Origin: an uncultured Planctomycetota bacterium | Lineage (GTDB): Bacteria; Planctomycetota; Planctomycetia; Isosphaerales; Isosphaeraceae | NCBI GenBank assembly: GCA_963823665.1 | Contig: CAWGMQ010000005.1 | Coordinates: 736,001-800,000 of the forward strand | Direction: 5' to 3' | Length of the DNA stretch: 64,000 bases | Shown here: positions 62,593 through 64,000 of the stretch, piece by piece | Layout of the letters: each line of letters starts with the position of its first letter | Numbering within the stretch: the stretch's first letter is position 1 | Position numbers and translations under genes: made by a program | Notes under the pieces: generated by a model | What the model saw: the letters and a program-made list of their open reading frames with translations, nothing else | Told to the model about the DNA's origin: nothing | Database searches by the model: none

Positions 62593-64000
62593 ATGGGAAA
62601 ACATATCCATGAAATCAGAGATCCGATCCACGTCTTCATCCGGCTCGAGTCGCTGGAGCGAGAGGTCTTGAATTCGAGGCCGGTCCAGCGGCTACGGCAC
62701 ATTCATCAATTGGCCCTTACTCACTTGTTGTATCCCGGTGCAACTCACCGCAGATTCGAGCACTCGCTCGGCGTGATGGAATTGGCCGGTCGCGTTTACG
62801 ACATCGTTACCAATCCCGACAACATCCGGGCCGCGGACGTGCGCGACATCGTTCCTCATCAAACGACGATGGAGTACGGTTACTGGCGCCGCGTCGTCCG
62901 CATGGCCGCGCTTTGCCACGACATCGGTCATCTGCCGTTCTCTCACGCAGCCGAACGGGAGTTGCTTCCCGAGGGATGGGACCACGAGCGCCTGAGCGCC
63001 GAACTAATTCTCGACGGCGAACTCAAGCAGAAATGGACGGCGCTGAAAATCAACCCGGATCACGTTGCAAAGATCGCAGTCGGACCAAAGCATTTTGGGG
63101 GAGAACCGTTCACGGACTGGGAATCGATCCTGTCTGAGATTATCACGGGCAACGCCTTCGGCGTTGATCGCATGGATTACCTCCTGCGCGACTCCCTTCA
63201 TTCTGGGGTCGCATACGGACGGTTCGATCACTTCCGCCTCATTGACACGCTTCGAATTCTCCCGTGCCGCGTGGCGGATCGGGAAGAGAGCCCGCAGACT
63301 GCCAGTCAAGCCGCGGACAACGCCTCGCACGACGCCCAGAGCCGTCGAGTACTGCGCGAGGATGCCCAAGAACTCAGCGACCCCTCCACGGAACGCGTTG
63401 TGCCGGTGCTGGGCATCGAGGAAGGCGGTCTCCATTCCGCAGAGGCCCTCCTGCTCGCCCGGTACTTCATGTACACCCAGCTTTATTTCCATCCCGTCCG
63501 GCGCATCTACGACATCCATTTGAAGACCTTCCTCAAGCAATGGCTCGGGGAAGGCCGCTTCTCGACAAGTCTGTCCGATCATCTGAATTTGACCGACAAC
63601 GAAGTGATGGCCGCAGTTTTGGATGCCGCCCGAAATGAGTCCCTTCCCGGGCACGACCCCGCCCGGCGAATTGTGCATCGTGAGCATTTCCGCACGCTCT
63701 ATCAGCGTAACCCGGCCGATGTTGCCGAGAACCCGGACGCGGCTAAGGCGATCTACGAAGCCGCCGCTTGCAAATTTCCTCAGGGAAGTGTACACTTGGA
63801 TAGTTATAAAGAGAGAAACCGCGCTCTCGATTTCCCCGTCCTGATGCGCGACGAAAGGATCGTCTCTTGCTTGGAACTCTCGGACACGCTAAAAAACGTT
63901 CCAATTGTCGCCGTCGATTATGTTTACATTGCGCCACATCTCCGCTCGCAGGCTGAGACTTGGCTGCAATCCAACCGAACGGCGATTATCGCCCCTAAAA
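62593..64000 (+). CDS. HD-domain dNTP triphosphohydrolase-like (SAMHD1-like) protein, 3'-truncated by the window edge
   Basis: IRDPIH, QRLRHIHQL, YPGATHRRFEHSLG, ALCHDIGHLPFSH, DRMDYLLRD, RYFMYTQLYFH; open from ATG 62593 to the end. Confidence 0.92.
   Translation, partial: MGKHIHEIRDPIHVFIRLESLEREVLNSRPVQRLRHIHQLALTHLLYPGATHRRFEHSLGVMELAGRVYDIVTNPDNIRAADVRDIVPHQTTMEYGYWRRVVRMAALCHDIGHLPFSHAAERELLPEGWDHERLSAELILDGELKQKWTALKINPDHVAKIAVGPKHFGGEPFTDWESILSEIITGNAFGVDRMDYLLRDSLHSGVAYGRFDHFRLIDTLRILPCRVADREESPQTASQAADNASHDAQSRRVLREDAQELSDPSTERVVPVLGIEEGGLHSAEALLLARYFMYTQLYFHPVRRIYDIHLKTFLKQWLGEGRFSTSLSDHLNLTDNEVMAAVLDAARNESLPGHDPARRIVHREHFRTLYQRNPADVAENPDAAKAIYEAAACKFPQGSVHLDSYKERNRALDFPVLMRDERIVSCLELSDTLKNVPIVAVDYVYIAPHLRSQAETWLQSNRTAIIAPK

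Overview
High-GC bacterial chromosomal window, almost certainly Planctomycetota and probably Isosphaeraceae-like. This is inferred from two 'LEDR.LL' planctomycete extracellular leader proteins, a DUF1570 protein, a TPR-tailed Ser/Thr kinase with a DWG motif and paired ClpP genes. Core content: a MoxR/DUF58/VWA (bat) operon, tRNA-Pro(CGG), tRNA-Gly(GCC)-tig-clpP-clpP, fabI, a Nudix hydrolase, pxpBAC, csrA, a PII protein, a sulfatase and three large repetitive surface or membrane proteins. Accessory defence-like islets lie between them: (i) a coupled ParB/Srx-like + PD-(D/E)xK nuclease pair next to a REP-truncated HNH remnant; (ii) a Panacea antitoxin followed by an inactivated PemK/MazF-like toxin that the ORF track misses; (iii) an ABC-type ATPase + TOPRIM/DUF4276-like gene bracketed by a duplicated gene-tail scar, then a SAMHD1-like HD hydrolase that runs off the window end and is also absent from the ORF track. 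Non-coding elements include GTAG-type REPs, two other palindromic repeat types and a ~120-bp dispersed element in two copies with a compensatory base-pair change. At least 13 genes, including housekeeping tig, carry small indel frameshifts, most likely sequencing or assembly errors. All family assignments come from motif recognition by eye; no database searches were run.
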